Below are positions 18,001-26,976 of a stretch of 64,000 nt of DNA, piece after piece. The notes beneath the pieces were generated by a model that saw only the letters and a program-made list of their open reading frames with translations, was not told the DNA's origin and searched no databases. The position numbers and the translations under genes are program-made. The DNA is from an uncultured Eubacteriales bacterium (GTDB lineage Bacteria > Bacillota > Clostridia > Christensenellales > UBA1242): the NCBI GenBank assembly GCA_949878485.1, contig CATLAM010000001.1:15353-79352 (forward strand), read 5' to 3'. Position 1 is the first letter of the stretch. The number at the start of each line of letters is the position of its first letter.

Positions 18001-19301
18001 TCTTCCTCCTTTCCTTTAAACACAAGGTTTATCGGAGTCCCTGAAAAATCTACTCTTTCGCGAAGTCTGTTTTCCAAATAGCGTTCATAAGAAAAATTAA
18101 TAAATTCTGGGTCTTTGCAAAAGAACACAAATTTAGGTGGATTTGTGTCTGGTTGAGTGACAAACATAATTTTGCTTCTCTTTCCATTTTTCGAAGGTGG
18201 CTCGAAATTTAAAATCGCATCACGCAAAATATCATTCAAAACACCAGTTGGAATTCTTCTTGAAGCATTTTCATAGACTTTGTCGACATTTTCCATAATA
18301 CTTGAAAGTCCAGCACCTGTAAGAGCCGAAACAAAGATAACTTTGAAATAAGACATAAATGAAAGTTTATCTTGCAAAATTTTTGTAAAGGCTTCTTTGC
18401 TCATAACTTTCTCATCCCATTTATTGACAACGACAACGTTGGCTTTTTGTGCTTCATGCACAAACCCAGCAATTCTCACATCTTGTTCGGAAACTTCTTT
18501 AGTTGCATCCAAAACAATTAAAACCACATCACTAAGTTCAATGGCAGACATACTTCTAATGACAGAATAACCTTCCACCGATTGTTTTTCAACCGAACGT
18601 TGTCGCCTTAAACCTGCTGTGTCAATTAAAAAATAATCTTTTTTGTTGCATCTAAAAGGCACAGTGACACTGTCACGAGTTGTGCCTTCCACATCACTTA
18701 CAACCAATCGCTTTTTACCAAGTAAACGATTGATAAGCGAACTTTTGCCGACATTCGGTCTTCCAACTAAACTTATTTTTATGCCATTTTCTTCTTCAAC
18801 TTTCAAGTTTTCAGGGAAATATGAAATCACTTTGTCAAGCACATCACCAAGACCTTTGCTTTGAGCACATGAAATTGGCATAGGCTCGCCAAGTCCAAGC
18901 GAATAGAATTCATAAGTTGCAGAAACATCAAAAGTGTCAAGTTTGTTGACAACCAACACAACAGGCACTTTTTGTTTTCTTAAAATTTTTGCAACATCTT
19001 CATCTGACTGAGTAATTCCAGTTTTTCCATCCACAATGAAAATTATGACATTGGCGTTTTCAAGTGCCAAACAAACTTGCTGAAAAATTTCTTCTTGGAA
19101 AACATCATCACTGCCAAGTTCCACTCCGCCAGTGTCAACAAGTGTGAAATCTTTTCCAGACCACGTTGCGTCGGCATAAAGCCTGTCGCGAGTAACTCCC
19201 GCAACATCATCCACAATGCTTATCCTTTTTCCGCAAACTTTATTGAAAAATGTTGATTTTCCAACATTGGCTCTGCCAACAACTGCAACGACTGGTTTCA
19301 T
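17997..19301 (-). CDS. der: ribosome-associated GTPase Der/EngA
   Basis: Tandem G domains ('GRANVGKST', 'GRPNVGKSS') plus a KH-like C-terminus. ATG 19301 is chosen, and the track's TTG at 19337 is possible. Confidence 0.93.
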   Translation of the reverse strand: MKPVVAVVGRANVGKSTFFNKVCGKRISIVDDVAGVTRDRLYADATWSGKDFTLVDTGGVELGSDDVFQEEIFQQVCLALENANVIIFIVDGKTGITQSDEDVAKILRKQKVPVVLVVNKLDTFDVSATYEFYSLGLGEPMPISCAQSKGLGDVLDKVISYFPENLKVEEENGIKISLVGRPNVGKSSLINRLLGKKRLVVSDVEGTTRDSVTVPFRCNKKDYFLIDTAGLRRQRSVEKQSVEGYSVIRSMSAIELSDVVLIVLDATKEVSEQDVRIAGFVHEAQKANVVVVNKWDEKVMSKEAFTKILQDKLSFMSYFKVIFVSALTGAGLSSIMENVDKVYENASRRIPTGVLNDILRDAILNFEPPSKNGKRSKIMFVTQPDTNPPKFVFFCKDPEFINFSYERYLENRLRERVDFSGTPINLVFKGKEEE

Positions 19302-19357
19302 ATAAAGAGAATAACACAATGTTGCCCTAAAAATCAAATTTTTAACACAAAATGCTT

Positions 19358-21448
19358 TTATTTTTTATGGCATCTTTTGTTGGAACAATTTTGACAATTT
19401 CCGCACAATTTTTTATGTTTTATTTTTTTTGCAATAAAAACAACTGCAACTAAGAATGCCATGACAGTCATTAAAACTGAAAAACACTTGATAAAACCAA
19501 AAATTTCAAAAGCAAAAGCCACATTATAGACAATAAGTGCCACAACATAAGCAGTTACAAGTTGCAAGACAATGGAAATAATTGTCCATTTTTTACCTAT
19601 TTCTTGCAAAAGCATGGAAATTGAAGCCACACATGGCGTGTAAAGCAAACAGAAAACTAAAAACGCCAAAACGCTTGCTTTTGACTTGAAAAACACCAAA
19701 CTTGAAGAAAGCAAGATTGAACTGGAAATTAACTTATTTGCTCCCGCGTCTATTCCGTTGAACATTGCAATGGAAGAAACAACAACTTCTTTAGCCACAA
19801 GCCCTGCAACAAGTGATGCCACAATCGCCCAGTTTCCAAAACCAAGCGGAACAAAAATTGGAGTTATAAATTTGCCTATGGTTTCCAACATGCTTCCATG
19901 ACTGTCCGCAACATACGAAAAAGAAAAACTAAATGAAGAAAGCACCCAGATTATGATGTTCATGGCAATCATGACAGAGCCAACTCTGATTAAAAATTCT
20001 TTGACATTTTTCCATAAAATTTTTCCAACTCGTTTAGGGCTTGTCATGCGATAAGGTGGAAATTCCAGAATAAAACTTTGCTTCTTGCTTTTCAAAACTG
20101 TGACATCTAAAAGTTTGGAAATTGCAAGAGCGACAACCACTCCCAAGAAATAAAGCCCCATAATAACTAGAATGTTGCTGGCACCAAAAAATGCTCCACC
20201 AATCACTGTGTAAATTGGAATCTTTGCCGAACAACTCATGTAAGGACAAAGAACAGCCGTTTTAATTTTTGCATTTTTGTCATCCATGTTTCTGGCAGTC
20301 ATAATGGCTGTTGTCGAACACCCAAAACCCATAAGAAGCGTGTAAACACTTTTGCCAGAAAGACCAATCTTACCTAAAATGTCTTCAAAGATAAATGCTA
20401 TTCGTGACAAATAACCACTGTCTTCCAACACCGACAAAAAGAAGAACAAAAGCACAACTTGAGGCAAGAACGACAGCACTGTTCCCACACCACCAAACAC
20501 AGCAGTATTTATAAGTTCATAAAACCAGCCTTTTCCAATTGCACCTTCCAATGCACCTAAAACTGTATTTGTAAAAAGCCCAAGCAAACTTTCCAGAATG
20601 CCAGAAAGAAATGCTCCGAGTGAGAAAAAAGTTAAATAAAATATGCCCGCCATAACAGACAAAAAAATCGGAAAATAAAGCCATTTATTTAAAATTAATT
20701 TGTCAAGTTTGCTCTGACCATAGACTTTATCTGTTCGTTTAGTGCATTCATTTAAAACACTTTCAATAAAATCAAATCTCAGTTTAGCCAAAATCTGAGC
20801 GCTGTCTTTTGGAACATTTTCAAAAAGAGTTTTCGTCTCCTTTCTTCCAGAATTAAAAAAATATTTTTCATCTTGTTCATATAATTTAATTAGATTGTAA
20901 AAATCTTTATTCAAATTGGTTTTATTTAATAAATTTGCATCCAATTGTCTAAAATAAGGCAATTTTTGTGTTTTTCTAGGCATTTTTAACGCTTTTTTTA
21001 AATTATCAAGACCTATTTTCTTTTCTGCATTAATTCCAACAACAGGCACTCCCAACTGTTCACTTAACTTTTTGTAATCAACTTTATAAATTGGTTTTCT
21101 GTCAATTTCATTGACTGCCACTACCACATCGCAACCTTTTTCCAACAAACATAAAGTCAAATATAGATTTCTTTGCAGATTGTTTTGGTCACAAATGTTT
21201 ATAATTTTTCTCTCGCTTGAAAAAATAGTTTTAACAGCCACTTCTTCTTCAAAAGAAAGTGGACAAAGAGAATAAATACCAGGGGTGTCAACAAGAATGT
21301 GTTCTTCACCATTTGCAAAGAAAGACTTAGCCTTAGTGTCAACTGTGACGCCGTGCCAGTTGCCCACATGTTCATTTGAACGCGTAAGGCTGTTAAACAA
21401 AGTTGTTTTACCAGAATTTGGATTACCAACAAGCAAAAGTTCAGTCAT
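19358..21448 (-). CDS. feoB: ferrous iron transporter FeoB
   Basis: N-terminal G domain 'GNPNSGKTTLFN' and a polytopic membrane domain. The Cys-rich C-terminus reads 'CGNCQNCSNKRCHKK'. Confidence 0.95.
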   Translation of the reverse strand: MTELLLVGNPNSGKTTLFNSLTRSNEHVGNWHGVTVDTKAKSFFANGEEHILVDTPGIYSLCPLSFEEEVAVKTIFSSERKIINICDQNNLQRNLYLTLCLLEKGCDVVVAVNEIDRKPIYKVDYKKLSEQLGVPVVGINAEKKIGLDNLKKALKMPRKTQKLPYFRQLDANLLNKTNLNKDFYNLIKLYEQDEKYFFNSGRKETKTLFENVPKDSAQILAKLRFDFIESVLNECTKRTDKVYGQSKLDKLILNKWLYFPIFLSVMAGIFYLTFFSLGAFLSGILESLLGLFTNTVLGALEGAIGKGWFYELINTAVFGGVGTVLSFLPQVVLLFFFLSVLEDSGYLSRIAFIFEDILGKIGLSGKSVYTLLMGFGCSTTAIMTARNMDDKNAKIKTAVLCPYMSCSAKIPIYTVIGGAFFGASNILVIMGLYFLGVVVALAISKLLDVTVLKSKKQSFILEFPPYRMTSPKRVGKILWKNVKEFLIRVGSVMIAMNIIIWVLSSFSFSFSYVADSHGSMLETIGKFITPIFVPLGFGNWAIVASLVAGLVAKEVVVSSIAMFNGIDAGANKLISSSILLSSSLVFFKSKASVLAFLVFCLLYTPCVASISMLLQEIGKKWTIISIVLQLVTAYVVALIVYNVAFAFEIFGFIKCFSVLMTVMAFLVAVVFIAKKIKHKKLCGNCQNCSNKRCHKK

Positions 21449-21671
21449 CTTTCACCTGCACTTTTGCAAGCAAACTTGCCCGCACACTTAAAAGATATCC
21501 CCTTATCTGAACAAGAAAAACTTTCTTAGAAAGTGAAGTAGAAACAATTTTCACCTTTTGCCCAACTGTGAAACCAAGTTCCCAAAAACGGCGTAAAACA
21601 CCATCCACAGCACTGTCAAAGCCACAAATGGTATATTGCTTATTCTTCTTACATTTGCTTAAATTCGTCAT
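21441..21671 (-). CDS. feoA: FeoA-domain protein
   Basis: 76 aa, containing 'GFTVGQKVKIVS'. It overlaps the feoB start. Confidence 0.8.
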   Translation of the reverse strand: MTNLSKCKKNKQYTICGFDSAVDGVLRRFWELGFTVGQKVKIVSTSLSKKVFLVQIRGYLLSVRASLLAKVQVKDD

Positions 21672-21755
21672 AAAATAATCTATGGACAGGCTTAAAGCAA
21701 TATTCTTGCATCAATTAAAATAATTATATTTTTTCTATGAATTGTGTAAAAACAT

Positions 21756-21785
21756 TTGCTAAAACACAAAATATTGTGTTAAAAT
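21756..21785 (+). promoter_or_regulatory. nrdR promoter with an NrdR-box-like palindrome in the spacer
   Basis: -35 TTGCTA (21756-61) and extended -10 TGtTAAAAT (21777-85). The palindrome ACACAA-AATA-TTGTGT sits at 21764-21779. Confidence 0.45.
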
Positions 21786-21827
21786 ATTTACGGATAACAA
21801 AAGAATTGTTATAAGGAGAAATTAAAA

Positions 21828-22271
21828 ATGAAATGTGTATATTGCCAATGTGAAGAAAGCAAAGTTTTGGATTCAAGAAGCACTGAAGAAACAAACTCAA
21901 TCAGAAGAAGACGCGAATGTCTTGGCTGTGGAAAAAGATTTACAACTTACGAAACAATTGAAACAGTGCCAATTTTGGTTGTAAAAAAAGATGGAAGCCG
22001 TCAAGCATTCAACATTGAAAAAATCAGAAGTGGAATGATCAGAGCCTGTGAAAAACGTCCAGTTTCAATCGCACAAATTGACACCATGGCAGAAGATATT
22101 GAAAAATCAATTCAAAATTCTTTAAGACAAGAAATCCCATCTCAAGAAATTGGAGAACTTGTAATGCAAAAACTTAAAGCAGTTGATGAAATTGCCTATG
22201 TTCGCTTTGCATCTGTCTATCGCCAATTTAAAGATGTAACAAACTTCATCAAACTCATCACAGAAATGTAA
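21828..22271 (+). CDS. nrdR: transcriptional repressor NrdR
   Basis: The zinc ribbon 'CVYCQC...CLGCGKRFTTYE' is followed by an ATP-cone. AAGGAG SD. Confidence 0.95.
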   Translation: MKCVYCQCEESKVLDSRSTEETNSIRRRRECLGCGKRFTTYETIETVPILVVKKDGSRQAFNIEKIRSGMIRACEKRPVSIAQIDTMAEDIEKSIQNSLRQEIPSQEIGELVMQKLKAVDEIAYVRFASVYRQFKDVTNFIKLITEM

Positions 22272-22327
22272 ATAAAATAAAACAGCCGTTAATCACGGGA
22301 GTTTGAAACTAGCGAAAAAAACAAAGA

Positions 22328-22363
22328 AAAACATAGACCAAAACAGCCTATGTTTTCTTTTTT
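22328..22363 (+). terminator. nrdR intrinsic terminator
   Basis: AAAACATAG-11 nt-CTATGTTTT is followed by CTTTTTT. Confidence 0.6.
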
Positions 22364-22523
22364 ACCCTTACTCTCTCTTAACTGCAAAATAAAACGAATA
22401 TCTCTGCCGTTGTCATAGGTTGTCGTTGATATAACACACATTACAAATAACAAGACACTCACATTGACCTTGACAACAAAGAATATTCGCTTACACTAGA
22501 AAATAGAGAGAAGAAAACAAAAA

Positions 22524-22646
22524 GCAAAAGAGCGGTTTGCGTTTTGCTCTGCCAGCAACCGCTCTTTTGCAACAAAATTGAGTTATAGGCGTGTGCTTGT
22601 CTGCCGAGCGCAGCGGAGGCACTCGTTATATACAAGCACACGCCTA
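22524..22646 (-). ncRNA. candidate small structured RNA: two long perfect hairpins (strand assignment tentative)
   Basis: A 14-bp stem pairs 22524-22537 with 22557-22570. A 15-bp stem pairs 22586-22600 with 22632-22646. On the minus strand the 14-bp hairpin is followed directly by TTTTTGTTTTCTTC. The segment is GC-rich in an AT-rich 360-nt non-coding gap. Confidence 0.25.
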
Positions 22647-22726
22647 AATGCCATTTTAGTGTTTTTTTGATTATTTGATATACAAATTTGAAATACCTAT
22701 GCTATAATAAATTTGAGGTGAGTGTT

Positions 22727-23068
22727 ATGAAAATAGATATAAATAAAGTAAAAATATTTGTAACAATACCATTAGAGGATGTAGAAAATGTAAGAAATGC
22801 AATTTGTGAAGTGGGAGCAGGTATAATCGGAAATTATTCTCACTGCACTACTTCTGTAAAGAGTATTGGAACTTTTTTGCCAAATGATGAAGCAAATCCA
22901 CATATTGGACAGAAAAATAAATTAGAGTATGTTGAAGAAGAAAAGTTAGAAGTCATATGCGATATCGAAAACGTTAAACGGGCTGTAACAAGGTTAAGAG
23001 AGGTTCATCCATACGAAGAGCCAGCAATAGATATTGTTCCTTTGATAGACGAAACTTGTTTTTACTAA
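22727..23068 (+). CDS. small YqfO/Nif3-insert-like (PII-like fold) protein, function unknown
   Basis: 'KIFVTIPLEDVENVRNAICEVGAGIIGNYSHC...REVHPYEEPAIDIVPL' resembles the stand-alone Nif3/YqfO C-terminal domain family. ATG 22727 has a GAGGTG SD. Confidence 0.45.
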   Translation: MKIDINKVKIFVTIPLEDVENVRNAICEVGAGIIGNYSHCTTSVKSIGTFLPNDEANPHIGQKNKLEYVEEEKLEVICDIENVKRAVTRLREVHPYEEPAIDIVPLIDETCFY

Positions 23069-23076
23069 GATTTATT

Positions 23077-23108
23077 AAAAAAAAGAGGATGTTATTATCC
23101 TCTTTTTT
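23077..23108. terminator. bidirectional intrinsic terminator
   Basis: AAAAGAGGAT-GTTATT-ATCCTCTTTT lies between convergent genes. Confidence 0.65.
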
Positions 23109-23131
23109 GCTAGTTTCAAAATTTATAGCCG

Positions 23132-23446
23132 TTAAGGCTGTTTTTTATCATTGTTTTTATCTTTATTTGGAGAACTTAAAATATATGGATTGTTTTTATT
23201 CCCCGGATTTGAAAACAGTTCCACAAGCACAGTGTCTTCCCCAACTTTACAAATCTGGCAAAGCGGAATAAAAAGTTCCATTCCACCTTTAAAAACATTC
23301 CAAAATGATTTTTCTCCTGGAACAACAATTCCTTTAATGCAACCACTTTCCAAATCAAAAACTATGTCAACAATATGTCCCAGTCTGCGACCGTCAACAA
23401 CATTGACAACTTCTTTACACCTAAGTTCCAAAAATGAAGTATCCAT
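23132..23446 (-). CDS. YlmC/YmxH-family PRC-barrel sporulation protein
   Basis: 'ELRCKEVVNVVDGRRLGHIVDIVFDLESGCIKGIVVPG' parallels B. subtilis YlmC. The start is chosen at the internal ATG 23446. Confidence 0.8.
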   Translation of the reverse strand: MDTSFLELRCKEVVNVVDGRRLGHIVDIVFDLESGCIKGIVVPGEKSFWNVFKGGMELFIPLCQICKVGEDTVLVELFSNPGNKNNPYILSSPNKDKNNDKKQP

Positions 23447-23485
23447 GTTTGAAATATATGTCACATTATGTCAAAAAAGACTATA

Positions 23486-24895
23486 TCAACTGAAAAATTT
23501 TATTTTCTTTTCAATCATTTCGTCAATGCGGTCAATATAATCGCCGATAAACTTGCAATTTGGTTCTCGCTCTATACGATTTTCCAAATTAAACACACGC
23601 TTAGAAATTGCACCAGCACCAATGCCAATCACTGAAGAAACATCTTCCATGCTGTCGATATTGAAAATGCAAACAGTGTCATCTCGGAAATATCCAACAT
23701 TTTCCAGTCCACCAATTTGATGTTTTTGACGATAGATATAATAAGGCTTATAACCATTTTCAATCAAAGTTTTTTCTGCATAGTCAACCATTTTGACAAC
23801 ATCACTTTTAAACTTAATCTCTTCACCTTTAATTTTTGCAGCATTTTTGACTGACAAAGTGTGAACAGTTATGTTGTGCGGATAAAGTTCCAAAAGCGTG
23901 CTTATTGTGCGTTTAAATATTCCAAAACGCTCTTCCGACAATCCTGCAATGATGTCCATGTTTACATTAAAGTCAAATTCCATTGCAATCATATAAGCGT
24001 CCAAGACTTGTTTATTGGTTATCTTTCTTCCAATTCTTTTAAGTGTAGTTTCGCAAAAAGTTTGTGGATTTATTGAAATGCGTGTTACGCCATATTTCTT
24101 CAAAACTTCCAATTTTTCACGCGTTATTGTGTCCGCTCTGCCACATTCAACAGTAAACTCTGTCACAGGATATGAAATCTGTGACAACAATTTTTCCAAC
24201 TGAACGGCAGTTAAAACTGTCGGAGTTCCCCCACCTATATAAATTGTGCGAACAATATATGCTTGCTCGGTTATCATCTTTTTAACTGCTTGCAATTCTT
24301 TCAAAACCGCATCCAAATAAAGTTCGACTTTATCTTTTACTGTGCAAAGTTCGTTGGAAATAAATGAACAATAATTGCAACGAGTTGGACAGATTGGAAT
24401 GTTTATAAACAAATCCACCAACTTATCATTTTTGATTATGCACTTTTGATTTTTCAAAATTTGCATAACAAGTTTGGCTTTATCGGAAGAAACATGATAA
24501 TCACGCACAAGCACTTCTGAAATCAGATGTGGCTTAACTTCTCCGCGTTCCACAAGGTCACGAGCAAACTTTGTTGGACGCACCCCCGTGAGAGAACCCC
24601 ATGGAAGTGATTTTTTAGAAGCCAAAGTCAAAACTTCATAAAGATGATTTTTTAAATTACGCTTAGTCAAACTTTTTCTTAAAAGCAAATTGTCTGTTTC
24701 TGGCAATGTAAACTGCTTTTCATATTCCTTAACATGTCCGTCTGAATTTAAAACAACTGTGCTTAAAAGCGAATTTTCATTTTGTTTTATTTTATGCTCC
24801 ACAGAAAAAGGCTGGTCATTCTCGTCATAAAACAGATTGACCAAATCTTGTAAATCTTTTTCATATTCAGATTCCAAGCATAACAATTTCATCAT
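23486..24895 (-). CDS. radical SAM HemN/HemZ-family coproporphyrinogen-III-oxidase-like protein
   Basis: CxxxCxxC cluster 'CPTRCNYCSF', an N-terminal extension as in HemZ, and 'IYIGGGTPT'. There is an ATGA overlap with the RSH stop. Confidence 0.8.
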   Translation of the reverse strand: MMKLLCLESEYEKDLQDLVNLFYDENDQPFSVEHKIKQNENSLLSTVVLNSDGHVKEYEKQFTLPETDNLLLRKSLTKRNLKNHLYEVLTLASKKSLPWGSLTGVRPTKFARDLVERGEVKPHLISEVLVRDYHVSSDKAKLVMQILKNQKCIIKNDKLVDLFINIPICPTRCNYCSFISNELCTVKDKVELYLDAVLKELQAVKKMITEQAYIVRTIYIGGGTPTVLTAVQLEKLLSQISYPVTEFTVECGRADTITREKLEVLKKYGVTRISINPQTFCETTLKRIGRKITNKQVLDAYMIAMEFDFNVNMDIIAGLSEERFGIFKRTISTLLELYPHNITVHTLSVKNAAKIKGEEIKFKSDVVKMVDYAEKTLIENGYKPYYIYRQKHQIGGLENVGYFRDDTVCIFNIDSMEDVSSVIGIGAGAISKRVFNLENRIEREPNCKFIGDYIDRIDEMIEKKIKFFS

Positions 24896-26976
24896 TCACT
24901 CCTGTAAACTTTAATTACATGTTTAATTTGTTCAAAATTATTAATAATAGTGTTTAAATCGTCTTTATTTGAAATCTGAACAGTGATTTCAAACACAAGT
25001 TCCCCATTTAATTCCTTATAAGCAAAGGCTTTTAAGTTGTTTTTCAAAGCACGAGAAGCATTGTTTAAAGCGTTGACAACAGAATTTGAGTTTTCTGCAA
25101 CAACTTTGACAGTGGCAATAAAGTTTGCCACCACGCTGTCTTGCCATTCGGCTTTAATAAGTCTTTCTTGTTCCAAATGTTTTAAATTTGGGCATTCGCT
25201 TCTATGAATTGTAACACCACGACCGTGAGAAATGTAACCTATGATTTCATCTCCAGTTACAGGACTGCAACAACCAGCATAACGAATTAAAAGTCCGCTG
25301 TCACCGTCAATCAACACACCTTCTTTGTTTCTTTCCACCCTTATGGTGTTTGATTTAAGTTGAGTTGATTTTTCTTTGCTGTAAAGATTGATAAGTCTGC
25401 CAACAACACTGCCTGCTGATAAACTGCCTGCACCAATTTCAGCATAAAGCACATCCAATTCATCAATCATCATATTTTTGGCAACTTGAAGCAGATATTC
25501 TTCCTTTGAAGTTTTGGTAAACGTCAAATTTCTTGCCTTAATTTGTTGTTCCACAATTGCCTTGCCAATTCGAATGTTTTCGTCTTTAAGTTCACTTTTA
25601 AAGAATGCTTTAATCTTAGACCTTGCACTTGAAGTCTTGACATAAGAAAGCCAATCACGAGAAGGACCTTTACTGTGCTGATTTGTCAATATTTCAATTA
25701 CATCACCATTAGAAAGTGTGGTTGTAATTGGAACAATCTTTCCATTGATTTTTGCACCCACACAGTTGTTTCCAACATCAGAATGAATTGCATAAGCAAA
25801 GTCCACAACTGTTGCACCAAGTGGAAATTCCAAAATCTTTCCTTTTGGTGTTTGAACAACAATGGCTTCGCCATATAAGTCAACTTTCAATGTTTCCAAA
25901 AATTCATCAGACGACATCTCATTAGAATTTTCCAAAACTTGTCTGAACCATGCCATTTTTTGGTCAAATTTATTTTGCCCACGGCGTTTATATTCTTTAT
26001 AAATCCAATGTGCAGCAACACCATATTCAGATTGTCTGTGCATATCAAATGTGCGAATTTGAATTTCAAGTGGTCTGTTGTTGTCTGCAATAATTGTAGT
26101 GTGCAAAGATTGATATCCGTTTGGTTTTGGGTTTGCTATGTAATCTTTTACTCTGCCTGGCATAGGTTTATAGATAGCGTGAATTTTTCCAAGCACTGCA
26201 TAACAATCTTCAACATTATCAACAAGCACTCTCATGGCAATAAGGTCATAGACTTTTCCAAGAGTTATGTTTTTTCTTACCAACTTTTTATAAACACTTG
26301 AAAAGTGTTTTTGTCTGCCTTGAATTTCCCCTTTCTTGCCAATTTCTTCCAAAATCTGTTCCAACTTTTTGCGAGTAATTTCCATCTGCTTTTGGTTGTC
26401 TTCTGCTTTAAGCAATGCATTGTTTTTCAACAGTTGAAAAGCATCAGGCTCTAGAAGTTCAAAACATAGGTCTTCATAACTTCCTTTAAATTTTGAAAGA
26501 CCCAATCTTTCTGCCAACGGAGCAAAAATTTCTTTCACCATATTGACAAATTTAGTTTCTTGGTCATTCATAGGATTATGAATTTGTTGTAAGTCAAAAA
26601 GGATGGTTGCAAATTTAACAATGACAACCCTAAGGTCTTGGCAAATGGCAACAAACATTCGTCTGATGTCTTCTGCTTCACCGCCTTTAGTCAAAGAATC
26701 CACATCTTTCAAAATTTTGAAAGTTTCATAAATCTTTTGTTGTTCGGCATTCAATTTGCTTTTCAAACTGTCTGCGTTTTTCTCTTCAAATTTTGAAAAT
26801 TGAAAAAGAACATAAGGCACTAAAAATTCATTTTGAATGTGATATTCAATCATAGTGTCAATGACAAATTCCAATCTTGGTTGATTAATTCTTTTGTCAA
26901 GACACAGAGAAATTATGTCTTCATCTTTTTGACTTAACTTGAAATTTTGCTTAATTTTATTTAAAAGATTCTCCAT
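24892..26976 (-). CDS. long RelA/SpoT homologue ((p)ppGpp synthetase) with a degenerate hydrolase domain
   Basis: Synthetase block 'YKPMPGRVKDYIANPKPNGYQSLHTTI...AAHWIYKE', TGS domain ('GDVIEILT') and a C-terminal ACT-like region. The N-terminal 150 aa lack the HD dipeptide and have 'KFATILFDLQ' where Rel has 'KLADRLHNMRT'. Confidence 0.88.
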   Translation of the reverse strand: MENLLNKIKQNFKLSQKDEDIISLCLDKRINQPRLEFVIDTMIEYHIQNEFLVPYVLFQFSKFEEKNADSLKSKLNAEQQKIYETFKILKDVDSLTKGGEAEDIRRMFVAICQDLRVVIVKFATILFDLQQIHNPMNDQETKFVNMVKEIFAPLAERLGLSKFKGSYEDLCFELLEPDAFQLLKNNALLKAEDNQKQMEITRKKLEQILEEIGKKGEIQGRQKHFSSVYKKLVRKNITLGKVYDLIAMRVLVDNVEDCYAVLGKIHAIYKPMPGRVKDYIANPKPNGYQSLHTTIIADNNRPLEIQIRTFDMHRQSEYGVAAHWIYKEYKRRGQNKFDQKMAWFRQVLENSNEMSSDEFLETLKVDLYGEAIVVQTPKGKILEFPLGATVVDFAYAIHSDVGNNCVGAKINGKIVPITTTLSNGDVIEILTNQHSKGPSRDWLSYVKTSSARSKIKAFFKSELKDENIRIGKAIVEQQIKARNLTFTKTSKEEYLLQVAKNMMIDELDVLYAEIGAGSLSAGSVVGRLINLYSKEKSTQLKSNTIRVERNKEGVLIDGDSGLLIRYAGCCSPVTGDEIIGYISHGRGVTIHRSECPNLKHLEQERLIKAEWQDSVVANFIATVKVVAENSNSVVNALNNASRALKNNLKAFAYKELNGELVFEITVQISNKDDLNTIINNFEQIKHVIKVYRSE

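Noticed and set aside
22700-22708. An extended -10 element (TGcTATAAT) just upstream of the 22727 gene, considered as its promoter.
   Set aside because: A start site 6-8 nt downstream would fall on or after the GAGGTG SD. It may therefore be fortuitous, or it may drive a near-leaderless transcript. It was left unannotated.
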